Shown: positions 25,529 through 38,410 of the stretch, piece after piece
Position numbering within the stretch: the first letter of the stretch is position 1
Layout of the letters: the number at the start of each line of letters is the position of its first letter
Program-made: the position numbers and the translations under genes
The notes under the pieces: generated by a model
Database searches by the model: none
What the model was told of the DNA's origin: nothing
Seen by the model: the letters and a program-made list of their open reading frames with translations, nothing else
DNA from: Ophelia neglecta
Taxonomy: Eukaryota
Reading direction: 5' to 3'
Assembly (NCBI GenBank): GCA_965285935.1
Contig: OZ260665.1
Location: forward strand, 62,062,001 to 62,126,000
DNA length: 64,000 nucleotides

Positions 25529-28500
25529 GGGACTCTGTGTAATTACCGGTATAGTGAGATTGTCGATTGGTTGATGAGCCTCAGCCACAAATACCATAAG
25601 GTACCCATCCCATTGCCCGCTTCTCGTTAATTGCTAGTGATATTAATGCAATACTTTAAGTCCTATTAATTTGTACCAAGCTTATTTTGGGCACATTCGG
25701 AGTAAACCAATGACAAGCGTTTTGCAGGAAAAAATGCATCGACCATAATAATAAAATGACTACACCTACGTTCATTCTATACAAATCCTTCTGTCCAATA
25801 AAATATATGATGAGATAACGTGCACAATGAAATGGACAATAAAATGAGACGGCACTAACTATATCTAACGTTAAGGAATAAACACTGTTTCAAACACAGA
25901 CATGACACTCTTCGTTTCTTATTGGCTTTTACAACTCTAAATGTCATACTATTAATGTCACAGTCCTATATTCGCTGCCATTTTTCCTTGTATACTAAGT
26001 TTTATTAAAGCATCATATATCATGGCACTAACCTTAACCTTCACAAGCCATGCACAACCGATAAGAAAAGACAACTTACAAGCCTAATGAAATACACACG
26101 CACAATCTAATTTCAGTGTATATAATTATTTTTCCAATGTTATCCTAAAGTAGCATGTCTTTAATCTAGACTTAGTTACTGACAAGCTGTTCCTCTGACG
26201 TAGAGAGTAAAGGTTGATGTTTGCAGAATCCGAGTCTGGAGTCAAATATTCGGGTTTCGTGCATGAAACTTCGAGTACAAATTATTTATTATATCCTTAT
26301 TTACTGCTGGGGTACTGCAGACTGACTTCGTGGGAAAATAATCATATGAAGAGTTTGCGAAGCCAAACATACAGCAGATCGCATTACTAGTTCTTAGGTG
26401 AATAGCCTTATTTATATGATACCCACCATGAAAATGAGAACGCCATGAGTAATCATGAATACTGTATGAAAAAGGACTGGCAACCAGGTAAATTTAAACC
26501 GTATTGTCTCCTAGCTCTGAAGTTACACCCAGACATAGATTCAGGGAGAACTAGAGCAGACGACCACACCTCTCTCCAGTCTACGGTGACATTACACGAT
26601 TTGACATGTCAATAATAGGAAGAGTGTTGACCCTGCTCGAATAAATCTTGTTTCAAAGCTACAATATCCACAGACAGGTATGCTGATCTTCATTTCTTAT
26701 CAAATCACATGTTGCATGTCAGTAAGATATCAAGTTTTACGACTCAATAAAAATAGGGTGTCTTTAATAACACAAATAGTGTGCATTTTCCACATGGTTA
26801 TCATAACTGTTAGTTTCGGCATTCCAAAATTATCAATGCCCGGTGATGAAAAACATAAAACGCTGGGTACTTGGGCCCCTATATGGGTAACACATTTTGT
26901 TCAACATGATCAGCTTGCAGAAGTCCCAGTTGGTTAATTATAGCGTACCTTCATAGTGGACATTCTTTCCTATCCGCCTTGACAAATTAAGTTCAAAAGA
27001 CACATGCATAGTGCGATGTATTAGTGAATAGGCTTTATATACATGCTTCCTTTGTAGCCAGATGATGAATGCCCCTCGAGTAGAGTAGCATCATATTTCT
27101 TCAAACTTTTTTTTTCTCAATCCACGGATGGATGTGACAGAAACAAGATTTATTGACAGAAAATTCACACAGTACAAACCAAGGCCTAGCCACATTGCTA
27201 CTTTAAACAAAAAAACGAACATGACGGATGAGCAATAAAGAGGGGGTTAAATTCGTAAGACGCCCCTATGAAAACAATAAAGCCAGTCATACAGGTGAGC
27301 GCGGCTCTCCGTGGCTTTAAGGGTTTTCAATATTATACAGGAATTCTCTATGCTTCACTTTCGTTCTAAATTGCAACTGTAGTAGGATAGCACATGATTT
27401 CCTCTAAATACGGGGAGTGGTGAAGAATCAGATCCTCCTTAAAATGTTGTATATTCTTTACACTACATATTCGTTTTATAACATGCGTTTGTTATATCAT
27501 AATGTAAGCATCAGATAACTTATCGCTACTCATGGATTTTTAGGTTTAAGCATTTGAAAGCTATGTTGCCCATTCTTTTAAAGATAATTCAATAATTAAA
27601 GAACTAAAAGAATAAGTTTTTATCGATGCCATCAACATGTTATCTATGGCGTAATAAATCGCGAAGTAATTAATAATTATCAAATATGTCATGATCGCAA
27701 TTTGAAATAAAAATGACTCGAATTTCGAACTCCTTGTCCCATATTGTCGATTCATACATTGGGATTAATTTGGCTTCACACATAATTGGTCACAAAAAGG
27801 ATACAATTTACACGTGGTTACAATCTAAATCTGGGCATAATTTGAAATGTCAAAACTATCCCTCATGCTTATTAAAACATTAAAAGAAGCATTTAGTATA
27901 ACAATAAAATACGTATTGCTGGGAAATAATGCAACTTTTTTCGTGTGTCGACAAAACCCCGTACGAGTTTTTCTTAAAAGGCGTTGACTACTTGTTCTTA
28001 AATCACGTTCTGACTACTCCATGGAAGGAAACACAAATTGATCTGATATTTTTCGTATGAAGCCAGTTATTGACAGACTAGGTGGGTCCCGAGGTTAAAC
28101 CTACAACATAAGGTAAGTGACGCTTCTAAACTGGATAAAATACGCCTTAATGGGAATCAATATATGATAGAAATCGCAGATGACTCTCATATCGGTTTCA
28201 GTCAATTTCAAGCTACAAAATGTAATTGGTCAAATTCATACGACAAGCACTTCCTCTAGGGCCCATTTGTGTGTTTGCGCTCGTGCTATTTATATCTCAA
28301 ATTGACCATTTAACTAACGATGTGCATCAAATTAACGCCAAAACTCATGATCATATTATCGATTCTGCCCTTGAGTTATGGGAACGCTATTCCATAAGCT
28401 GATGTAAGGGAAACATGATCTCAATACGCTCTGAATAGGTAGCCGATATATTTCGCTATAGTCTGATGCTAGAACTCAGGCGCGGATAATATACAAAAGG

Positions 28501-31500
28501 GACTTAATAAAAATAACATCGGTATAGATTTATCCAAGCATCAGTTCTTTTTATCAGTTTATCAGTTCTATTGTCGCCGACGTGATTTCCTGCTGAAGGG
28601 CAGTGCAATTCACGTAGTCTCAAGGGTACCCCAGTGTCTGTTATGTTATCTATGTCAAGTTTTATACCACGAGTAACCTCAATTTTAAAAACGCATATTA
28701 ACTCAAGGGGATTTGTATTCGCGCTTCCGTGCCTTCCTGGTATTCTTTCCCTAACTAACCACGCAATGTTGGAAAACAGTTTTCAACAGAATAGTATTAT
28801 GTGCCTTTGATACTCACGCAAGCTATGGCCTTTAAGGTTAGCGGGAAAAACGATTTCAGTCGAGCTCGCTGAATAATTATGTGATTCATGAAAACTCTGA
28901 ATCTACGACATAATTCCGATAGTGGTCGTAGGTCATATGATGCAAAGAGGTAGAAAATATATTGGAAAAATGTAGTTTCGGTTAGTACTGGGACCGGGAA
29001 TATGGTATTACAACCTTAGGAGATTATATAATGCGAACTTGATGGACTTAACTCATACGCTACTTGTCATTTATTAATAATAAACCGGATAGGCTTCCAA
29101 AGAAAATAGACCAATCTATAACATACCTATGGGTGAATAATTCGAACAACAAAATTTAATGGTATATAATTTACAGGTCAAATTATGATTGTGAATCAAT
29201 TATATAAAGTGTCAATGAATGATTAGCAATTACGATGACAGCTTGGTTTCTAAATTCAGGTATGTTGCGCATTTAGAGATACGCCAATTTCATTCATATA
29301 ATCTTTTTATCGGTGTCAGGCACAGAACCGAGACTTCCCTTACTTATTAATTCGTATTTTACCAAGTAACGCATTCTTCCACGAATTACAACCCATAACA
29401 ATGTATCTATTGTCAAAAAGAGTAAAAAATCTGCTGATATGCTGCTGGACTAAGGTGTTATTGCACAAAAACAAAGGTTCCGGAACCGGCAGAATGGGGT
29501 AATCAGTTGGTTGAATCTTCATGGTGCATCTTTTCATTGCAGACTAAGCCGGTAGGTCAGCCAAGGAATCAATGGTCTTCAGAGAAAACTGTAGGAGAAT
29601 CGATTCCAGCGGCCATCTTGCGTTCCCCTGGCCAGAGTTCAACCTTTAGTAGTTGAAGTGGGACCAGGAATTTAAAGATTTTAAATTATGCATTAAATTG
29701 ATGAGCCTAGGCCTCTAAAATCACCTTTGAGTTGTCGTATCGAAAATTAGCTTGCTACTTTAAGGTTAACTGAAACTTGTTAAAGACGAAGGTTCGTATC
29801 AATATATAAAATGCCTGGTATAGACTAGAATAACTTTCAACATTTCAGTCAAACGCCGTTCCAGTCAATCAGAAAGTGAGTTTGCGCCAGGCATTAGATA
29901 TGTGATAAGGGCAACTTATCCAGGTATCTTAGCTGAATCAGAGATGTATAAACCAAGAGATTGAAATCGGGCCTTCCTTATTGCGCATATGGTTACAGGT
30001 TACCCGCTCACGAGATCACGCTTTACGCGGGCTTTTGTGCGTGGATTTTCGAGAGCACCCTTATGTTTCCATCGAGGATACCCAGCCGACAATGGTCACC
30101 AAAAACAAATAAAAATACATTGGCGCAGGGGACGTTTTACACCACCTTAGAATGTTAATGTAACATTATTGTATATACATAGCTGGCTGGGCGTAGATTA
30201 AAGTAAAGACCTTTAAGGTTTAAAGCCTGCTGTGCTGGGAAAAAAAACGATTTGTAATTTGTAGGTGCACTTCAGGCTAACGGCACCTGCTACGGTTTCA
30301 TGTGTCAAAATCCACAATTATATGATGAAGTGTACTCTTTTCAACTACGTATCATTCCCATAAGGATGCTACATGTTGCATGCTAGGCTAATCGAGATCC
30401 CTGCTGATTATTCGGGGCAAACGATTAAAGAAAATCACATCTGCCAGGTACGAACGTCCATTTATATGCCGAACGTACGACATATGCTTTTTTAAATTGG
30501 ATAACTTCCAATAGTTACACATTCTCGAATTGACTACTTTCTTCCAGTAGTAGTAATTAGTCTTTATGTGTCATAATTGCGTTGGGTAATATAATTATCA
30601 GAAATTGGCTATGATTTTCAGGATTCAATGCTAACAAACCAAGAAAGAGATTAGATGAGCTTGTGGCAGGGACAATAAACAGTGATGGCGCTGATACAAC
30701 AAACCGAAATGCCTACACATTTCCCGTTACATCCGCGTTCCGGAAGTAAGCGACTAAATACTACCTCCAGGGGCGATGTCTTTTTGTACGTAAACGCACA
30801 GCACAGCCATTTCCTGCACACACGAGCCCGCTTCCGGAAGGAAATGGCATGGTCTCTTAAATGCTTGAAGCGCCTTTTGGAAACTATGAGAACTGATAAA
30901 AAGGTTTTTAAGTGACGAACAACGTCATAACAATTTTACAGGCGACATTCGAAATGTTAATTCGTATTTGTACGCTGTTAGGGGGGTCCCAATATTGTGA
31001 CACCTTTCTCTGGAGGGGGCGGGGGGGGGGAATAACCCATGGAAATAATATAGTCAATTTATAAAGGAAAGTATCAAACATTATTCGCGCTTCCCGCATT
31101 ATTCCTAAATGTATGACATAAAAAATATATACATGTCCTTTGCACAATAATCTTGCTTCGTTTTCCTTCTATGCAACACCCCTAAAGTTTTTAATTCAAA
31201 ATTCTGATGTGGATGTAATATGCTGTAACCCCCCTCTCCATAGTAAATGGTCATCCCCTCAAACTTGTCTGTTTTGCTGACTTGTTTCAATTTGCCGCTT
31301 AGAGTCGTCGGAGCAGACACTAAGATGTAATCCTTATGGTGAATAGACTTATCTATCGTGTCCAATCCTATGATTCCCATATAACAGGCACCCCTGCTCC
31401 TCTTCCTAAGAGCTCGAGCCCTCAAGTCACTATATAGGTCTAAAAGAACAGGAATTATCTAAACAAAACTAGGAAATCAAGATGGTACGATCGTGACACT

Positions 31501-34099
31501 GATCAATACAATTAGGTACTCGTACCATATTTGTTTGGGCCCTCCATTCCCTCCTCCAATCATTGCTGTCAACTCCCGTCACCTTCTGTTACTTCCGGGT
31601 CGATTAGCGAATGTGTAAATAAAAGAGACTAGCGTGTTAGGAGGTCTCCTGGTGATCGCATGCCGCTCTATAAATTGGAAATCGCAGTACTCCGTCAGAA
31701 AGCGGCTAGGCATGACTATGTCGAAAAGCGAAACATGCGATGGCCACCGATAAATAGTACAGGAACGATAAGTTGAAAATTGAGAGTGATTTAATATAGA
31801 GAATAAAAAGAATAACCATTATCACAGTGGATGTTAGTTCGATACAGGAAGTGATCGGTGATCAGGACCTTTTGTTATAAGGATCAAAAGAAGGGCATAA
31901 GCAGGTGGTATATTTTCATATATACACAATCTGAAAATTGTTGCAATGTTACCAGCTTAAATTAAAATAAATAGGAACCCTCTTTCCAATATTGTAAAGA
32001 TATTTACAATACCGTGACAAAGAAAACAAATACAAACTTTCCTGACCTGAAAAACATTACACCGAAATTTTGGGAAATGCCGCACCCAAGAAATATATTT
32101 ATTATTTTTAATATAGTCAAGGTCGAAAGCTGACCAGATGGTTTTCGGGGAATAATTTGGACGGCCCAGCAATTCCGAATAAATATAGCAAAGAGTCTGC
32201 TGGAGTTGTCTAATAACAATAGACATTGGCAGGGCTGTTTGAGGGCCAAACAAAACTTAATTTAAGGGAGCCCAGCCCGTTATGTTTAAAAGAGGTGGGG
32301 CTTGGGGAACAGTTCGGTGCGTTGCTTAGGTGTCATGAGCAGAATTCCCATCTTAAAAGTCTGTCCAAAGGTCTTGCGTTTTTACGATAAGGTTTAAAGG
32401 ACCGCCAAATCGTTTGCGGTTGTACAATGGGCCGTTATGCTAGAGTGGTCTTCATGTGAACAAGGTAACCAATCGCTGTCAAAATCCTTGCTTAATAACC
32501 CGAAGTAATAGACGACCGCTAATATTCACGAGTAAGCCAAGCTATTTTTACCAGGGATTCCGACTTTGATTAGATCTGAGCTTTTCTATAAGCATGCACC
32601 TCGTCTGGCTGCCTTGTTGATTTAACAGTGTTTGTAATGAAACATTTGTATCATATAAATGCCACTGATTACTTTTGATGCCATGCGAGAGGCGTGGTGT
32701 ATGGTAGCGATACTAATATGTGTTAAGAACATAGCCATTAACGTATCAAAATATCAGAGGAAACCAAATAATTGCTCAAGCAATACATTTTATTGCCAAC
32801 AGACATGGAAAACGTATATGTACTAATCCAGAAATAGTGACTAATTAAAACTTTGAGCCAACTGGTATAAACATAATATGCTCACCTCTAAACGAAAAAC
32901 AACCAAGGCAAACTGTGCAAACAGTGCTTCATAATCGTTACGAAAGAGCAATACTTGCTTCGAACGATCCATTTGTAACTTAGTTAGCAATAGAAGAGGT
33001 TTGTTTCCAGGTTCACATCTGCGGGGAAAAATCAACCCACCCAAAACATGAACATCGCTGGTGGGCTACAGATATAATTCTCACGCTACAATTACTATTC
33101 GGTGAATCCAATACTAAGGCCCTTATCGCAATAATACGATGGCACTCCTAGGAAACATTTCCAATATTAGTATTAAAAGCCCTCCTAGGCCTTTGTCATG
33201 TTTTCAAGCGTAAAAAGAAACCTTCAAATATGAAACCTGGTACAGTGAGTTTAATGTCAACAGCTATGGTCTGTGTTTATACAGGGAAAATTAGGATATT
33301 ATGAAAGATCAGACCTTAATATTGTTGATGAAGATATTGAAAGTCTCCCTATAAAAGTGAGTAACCATCAACTAAGTAATAACAATTACCGAGTGTTTGG
33401 GTAATATAACACCCTCCTGACACAAATGTCAGGCAGTTTAATGAAATCATGTCAAACGTTCTCTCAAAAATCATACCGAGAGAAAACCTGTTATCTAATG
33501 GGATATTTAAATATGAGTTCTGATTTCCATCAACCAAATAGTATCTTCCATTTTCCATTCTATTGGATAAAACGTGTTTATTTAAGGTAGAAAGTTATAT
33601 TATTCCACAGCAGTGGAAACCAAATGTTGTTTTAATTTGCGGTGGGTTGCTGCCATAGATGACAACAAATGATACAATTCCTGCGGTCAAAGGTCAATAA
33701 GCCCGATAGATTTCAGCCATGTTTGCCTCACATTCAAGAAATACGCAGACTGTCATATTGAAACTCTGGCATTGCGTTCACTGATTACTCTTTGATTACA
33801 CAATTCGGAGTAAATCATCCTTGTATGTTTATAAAAATAAGCTTGAATATTTGTACGATGCCTAAAAGCGGTTGCTATAGCGACCATAATCCACCATTTA
33901 GTACAATTTGATACATTAAAATGCCTTCCTTTTTTGCGTTAAAGTACCTGATTTCGTTGCCATTGAGACAGGGGACCAATTATGACTTCATAATTTGATC
34001 ACCTAAGACCCTTTGATTAATTTACTACCAATAACTCGCTAGAAAAACACAATTTCTAGTGCGTACAGCATATTCTGTATCACGTGTTCACATTATAAA

Positions 34100-34990
34100 T
34101 TTATCTTTCACTCAAGGAATATTCCCCAGGGAATTGTAAATGGCCAGGGACATGGCTATATATAAAAGTAGAGATACTAAATTATTTACCATCTACAGAC
34201 ATATGCCTGTTATACCGGTGTTCTCGAAATATATCAAAGAATCATGTATAACAGGCTGTTGTCCTTCATTAGTAACCTCCTGAATGCTAATCAGTTCGGC
34301 TTCAGACCAGGCCATTCTACAAATTAAGCTTTTATTATGCTTGCTGATGAAATTTCCTGATGCAAGGACGACTGTGTCATATGCCTTTTTCTTGACTTTT
34401 CTAAAGCCTTTGACACAGTCGACAACACAATCCTTTATCAACACTATACAATAATGGGGTTAGAGGGCGGGCCTATGACTGGCTCAAAGATTCCCTCTTT
34501 AAAAGAAAACAGTATGTTGACTTTCAAAATATAACCTCTGGAACTGAATTATTCAGGTTTGGGGTATCCCAGGGATCAATACTAGGCCCTTTATTATTCC
34601 TACGTTATATCAATGATTTGTCTTTTATTTCTGAAAAAAAATCTTATTTGCTGACGACTCTAATTCATAAGTGTCGGGGCAAACTTTAAACAATGTAATT
34701 AATGTCATGAATGAGGAAGTAAATAAAGGCCTGCATTTGCTAGAAGTCAATAAACATATCTTAAACATAAAGAAGACACATTGTATGCTATTTTCCTTCC
34801 GCAAGAATAAATAAATGTTGACCAATAAACTGTGTATTTAAGGTCCAACAACTGGAAGAGTAAACCCAAGAACTTTCCTAGGGCTAACATTTGGCGATTC
34901 TCTCTCCTGGGGTGTCCACATAAATAAAATAAGAGGAACAATTTCCCTTCGCCTTGGTATCTTTTGTAAGGCCCGAAAAATCTTATGCAA
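34100..34990 (+). mobile_element. CR1/L2-clade LINE reverse-transcriptase fragment, frameshifted
   Basis: Ordered RT motifs: IFPREL, YRHMPVIPVFSK, NQFGFRPGHST, LDF/SKAFDTVD, GVRGRAYDWLK, RKQYV, GVSQGSILGPLLFLRYINDL, LFADDS and FLGL. Confidence 0.92.
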
Positions 34991-34999
34991 ATATACAAT

Positions 35000-35390
35000 A
35001 TAAAAAGAATCAGAGATATTATTCAATTGTAACATGTATTTATATTAGAGATACTTAAAACTATAAATTGTGGAGTGATCTCATTTGTTAATCCTGAAAA
35101 TTACTAAATTACTACGATGGACTTTTTATTGAAATTCCCTCCATTAATAAAAAAAAAAGTTTAAACGTTTACACCATATGTAGATCACCAAGTAAAAATA
35201 ATGTGCAGAAATATAAAATCCTTTAAAAATCGAATTAACCAGATTGAACCAGAGGGCAAGAATTTTATTGTGTGTTGGGAAATGGACATAGATCTGATAA
35301 ATTCTACTCCAAGAAGACTTACCACTAATTATCTCGAGAAAGCAGTGAGAAATTACCATCTTCTCACGTCAGAGAGAGAGAAGTCAAAAC
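35000..35390 (+). mobile_element. CR1-type LINE APE-endonuclease fragment
   Basis: CGVISFV (cf. GGVxxYV), DGLFIEI (cf. ESLFIEI), TICRSP (cf. IYRPP) and EGKNFIVCWEMDIDLIN (cf. ExKxxIxGDFNIDLL), in the expected order. Confidence 0.7.
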
Positions 35391-36151
35391 CAAGATGGCA
35401 TAACTCTTTACCAGGGACGAGAGATGTAAACCTAAGAAGCGTGCAAAATAAGCATACAAGATATTGATGCACAAGCTTCAAAGTTAATATTTTATATAAG
35501 TAGATTAACGAAACAAGTTTATAAGACTAGTCCACAAGCAAATGCTGGCCACTGAGAACTTAATCATGGTTGTTCTGATCAATGCCATGTAGTATTAGGT
35601 ACTGACTTAAACGAACCCTAATTACAAAAATATCAACTTCACATCAAAGTCCAAATTTAATGTCAGAACTATTATTTCCGCATGTGCTCATTTTAAATAA
35701 TTCCATTGACATGAACATTAGTAAGTTGGTGAATTATTATTGAAATTTGTAAGATGTTAAATTACGGTGATTTTGTTTTATACGTAGGTAGATATATGAC
35801 TTGTAAAATATAGAATTAAGTACAAAAAAGGTTCCAATTAACCTGTACTTCGCGTAACAACAAAAAGGTTTTGATATAATTATATGACATAAACCATACG
35901 CTTTTTCTTAATTTCATAGTCACATGTTTTAAATATTTATATTACTTAAAAGCTAAATTTCGGATTATTGGTGATTAAACCCATTTAATCTCTTTATGAA
36001 TGTTGTTCGAGTGTAATATCCTTGTGATAAATAGTTTTCGTGTGAAGTAGATGTTTTGTTGGGATTTCAGGCTTTTAGATGATTTTGACAATAGTACATT
36101 TTTTGTGGTCACGGTGACATGTGGTCGGCATTGTCTATATGAATACACATA

Positions 36152-36566
36152 GATCAATGTGACTACCACTGAATCAATATGAATACTTCAGTGGTAGTCA
36201 TACTGATTAATATCCCTACCATGGAATCAATATGAAGACTTCCGTATTAGTCATACTGATTAATATCACTACCACGAAATCAATATGAATACTTCGGTAG
36301 TAGTCTTACTCATTGATATCACTAACACGAAATCAATATGAATACTTCAGTAGTAGTCATACTGATTAATATCACTACCGTCAAATCAATATAAATACTC
36401 AACTAGTAATCATACTGATTAATATCACCACCCTGAAATCAATATGAGTACTTCAGTATTAATCATACTGATTAATATCACTACTACGGAATCAATATGA
36501 ATACTTCAGTAGTAGTCATACTGATTAATATGACTACCAATGAATCAATATGCATACTTCAGTACT
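36152..36566. repeat. 53-bp palindromic minisatellite, about 8 units, bracketed by short inverted repeats
   Basis: aatcaatat recurs at 36172, 36225, 36278, 36331, 36384, 36437, 36490 and 36543 (period 53). Unit 1 has a perfect 14-bp inverted repeat tgactaccactgaa/ttcagtggtagtca. Confidence 0.95.
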
Positions 36567-38039
36567 TCAGTAAAAATATCGTCGCTGTGACCAAATATAG
36601 ATGCACACTCTACATACTAACGGTGTATTCCTTAGATCATTCGCTGACTGTATTAAGTAGTCATTAAAGAAGTCAAACTGACTACTTTTCATAAACTAGT
36701 TGATTAACGATCTTTTCATTATCAGTGCAGAAGCATTATAATTTATGAACCAAACCATAACCAGGTTTAACGGAATTGACTTAATGGAATTCACACTTCC
36801 GGCATCTAAAAACTTGTGAACAAGGCTCTGAAAGACGTGTATGGCGATGGGCATCCGCTGCTAATTACTTAGTCTTTTATTTACATCTGACGTTGCAAAC
36901 AGCTTGCGTAAAAACAAGACGGGGTTTCTACTCTGGTATTGTTATCTAGGATGAAGCTAAGAATGGATGATCTAACATGCCTACAAAAACATTAGGCAGA
37001 CTCGGCTTTCTCCGGCTTAAGTACTTTAAGTACTGTAAGAGGTCTAAGTGGTTCCCATCACATCCCATCGCCCGAGTAGAGAGGCGTTAATTAACAGCTA
37101 CCACTTGTCGGAAACTGGACAACGACTTACAGAAATATCTGTTGTAGCAAAAAGCGAGATTTGTAGCTTTAAATCACTTGAAATAAGTGAGCAGTCATCT
37201 TGTTATCTGCCCTCGAAATGATCTTTATTTGACCGGTCGACTGGCAATGAGAAGGTAGCAAAAGCGACACCGTTGTCATGAACAAAATCCTTTTCGTATG
37301 TACAATATCAAAACCAGGATTTTAGCGCCTGCATGCGAGAAATATAAATACAGATTACGTATTAATAAGATCGCGACTATGACAAATTTATCTAATTGGT
37401 TAAGACACTACTTTTCGAAGAAACTTTTTTATGTAAACGAATTTACGCATTAGTTGATTTGGATACTTTATTGAGAATTAACATACGGTGTGCCAGCCAC
37501 GCCCCGATCATGTTTGTGATTGGAAGATAAAGGAAGAGGACGGAGGGGGGGGGGGGCGGTGAAGTGCGGGGTGGGGTAAAGGGTGGTTGGTCGACGTATG
37601 ACACTGTTTGAGTGTAGGGGTGGGCTGTGGAGCAGAGCAGTACATTAATGAAGGATCAATGGAACGTCGAAAGGCTAATTGCTCTATTTGATTGGCTCTA
37701 ACTTCCTAAGGCTTCTAGGAAATCAGGTCTATTCCGCATCATCAACATTCTCAATGTGAAATTTAAGGCCCAGTTCTATTACTAATCAGTGTAGTGGCCT
37801 CAATGTCGTGCTTTGTTGACCAATTAGCGAAAAAAAAGAAGCGCATGCAATGTTCCAGAACCGGTTCAGTTCACCCGGGCAGTACTATAAACATAACGTC
37901 CAATACACCGTCAGCATTAAACAAATATTTTCAAACTATCAGGCTGACCCAAAGTTATAATTATTTGGCTGTATTTTATATTCCAATCGCATAATTTGCA
38001 GGTTTTCCAGATTATAAATAAGCCGGATACTATATGGGT

Positions 38040-38410
38040 ATGCCTACGACCATGACTACGACCATGCTAACGATCATGACTACGATCATGTCTACGGTCA
38101 TGACTACGATCATGTCTACGGTCATTACTGCGATCATGACTACGATCATGTCTACGGTCATGACTGCGATCATGTCTACGGTCATGTCTACGGTCATGAC
38201 TAAGACCATGACTACGATCATGTCTACAGTCATGACTAAAATAATGACTACGATCATGAGTCGACCATGACAAGAAACATTACTAGGATCATGACTAAGA
38301 TCATGACTAGTATCATGACTAGGTGCATGACATGGATCATGACAAGGATCATGACTAGGATCATGACTAGGATCAAAACTAGGAGCATGACTAGGATCAT
38401 GACTAAGAAC
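38040..38410. repeat. 12-bp minisatellite in two sub-arrays (CATG(A/T)CTACG(A/G)T, then CATGACTAGGAT)
   Basis: About 30 units seen directly. They explain the low-complexity ORFs in several frames. Confidence 0.95.

Noticed and set aside
36152-36566. CRISPR-like appearance of the regularly spaced palindromic units
   Set aside because: There are no unique spacers because whole units are homologous, there are no cas genes, and the context is eukaryotic.
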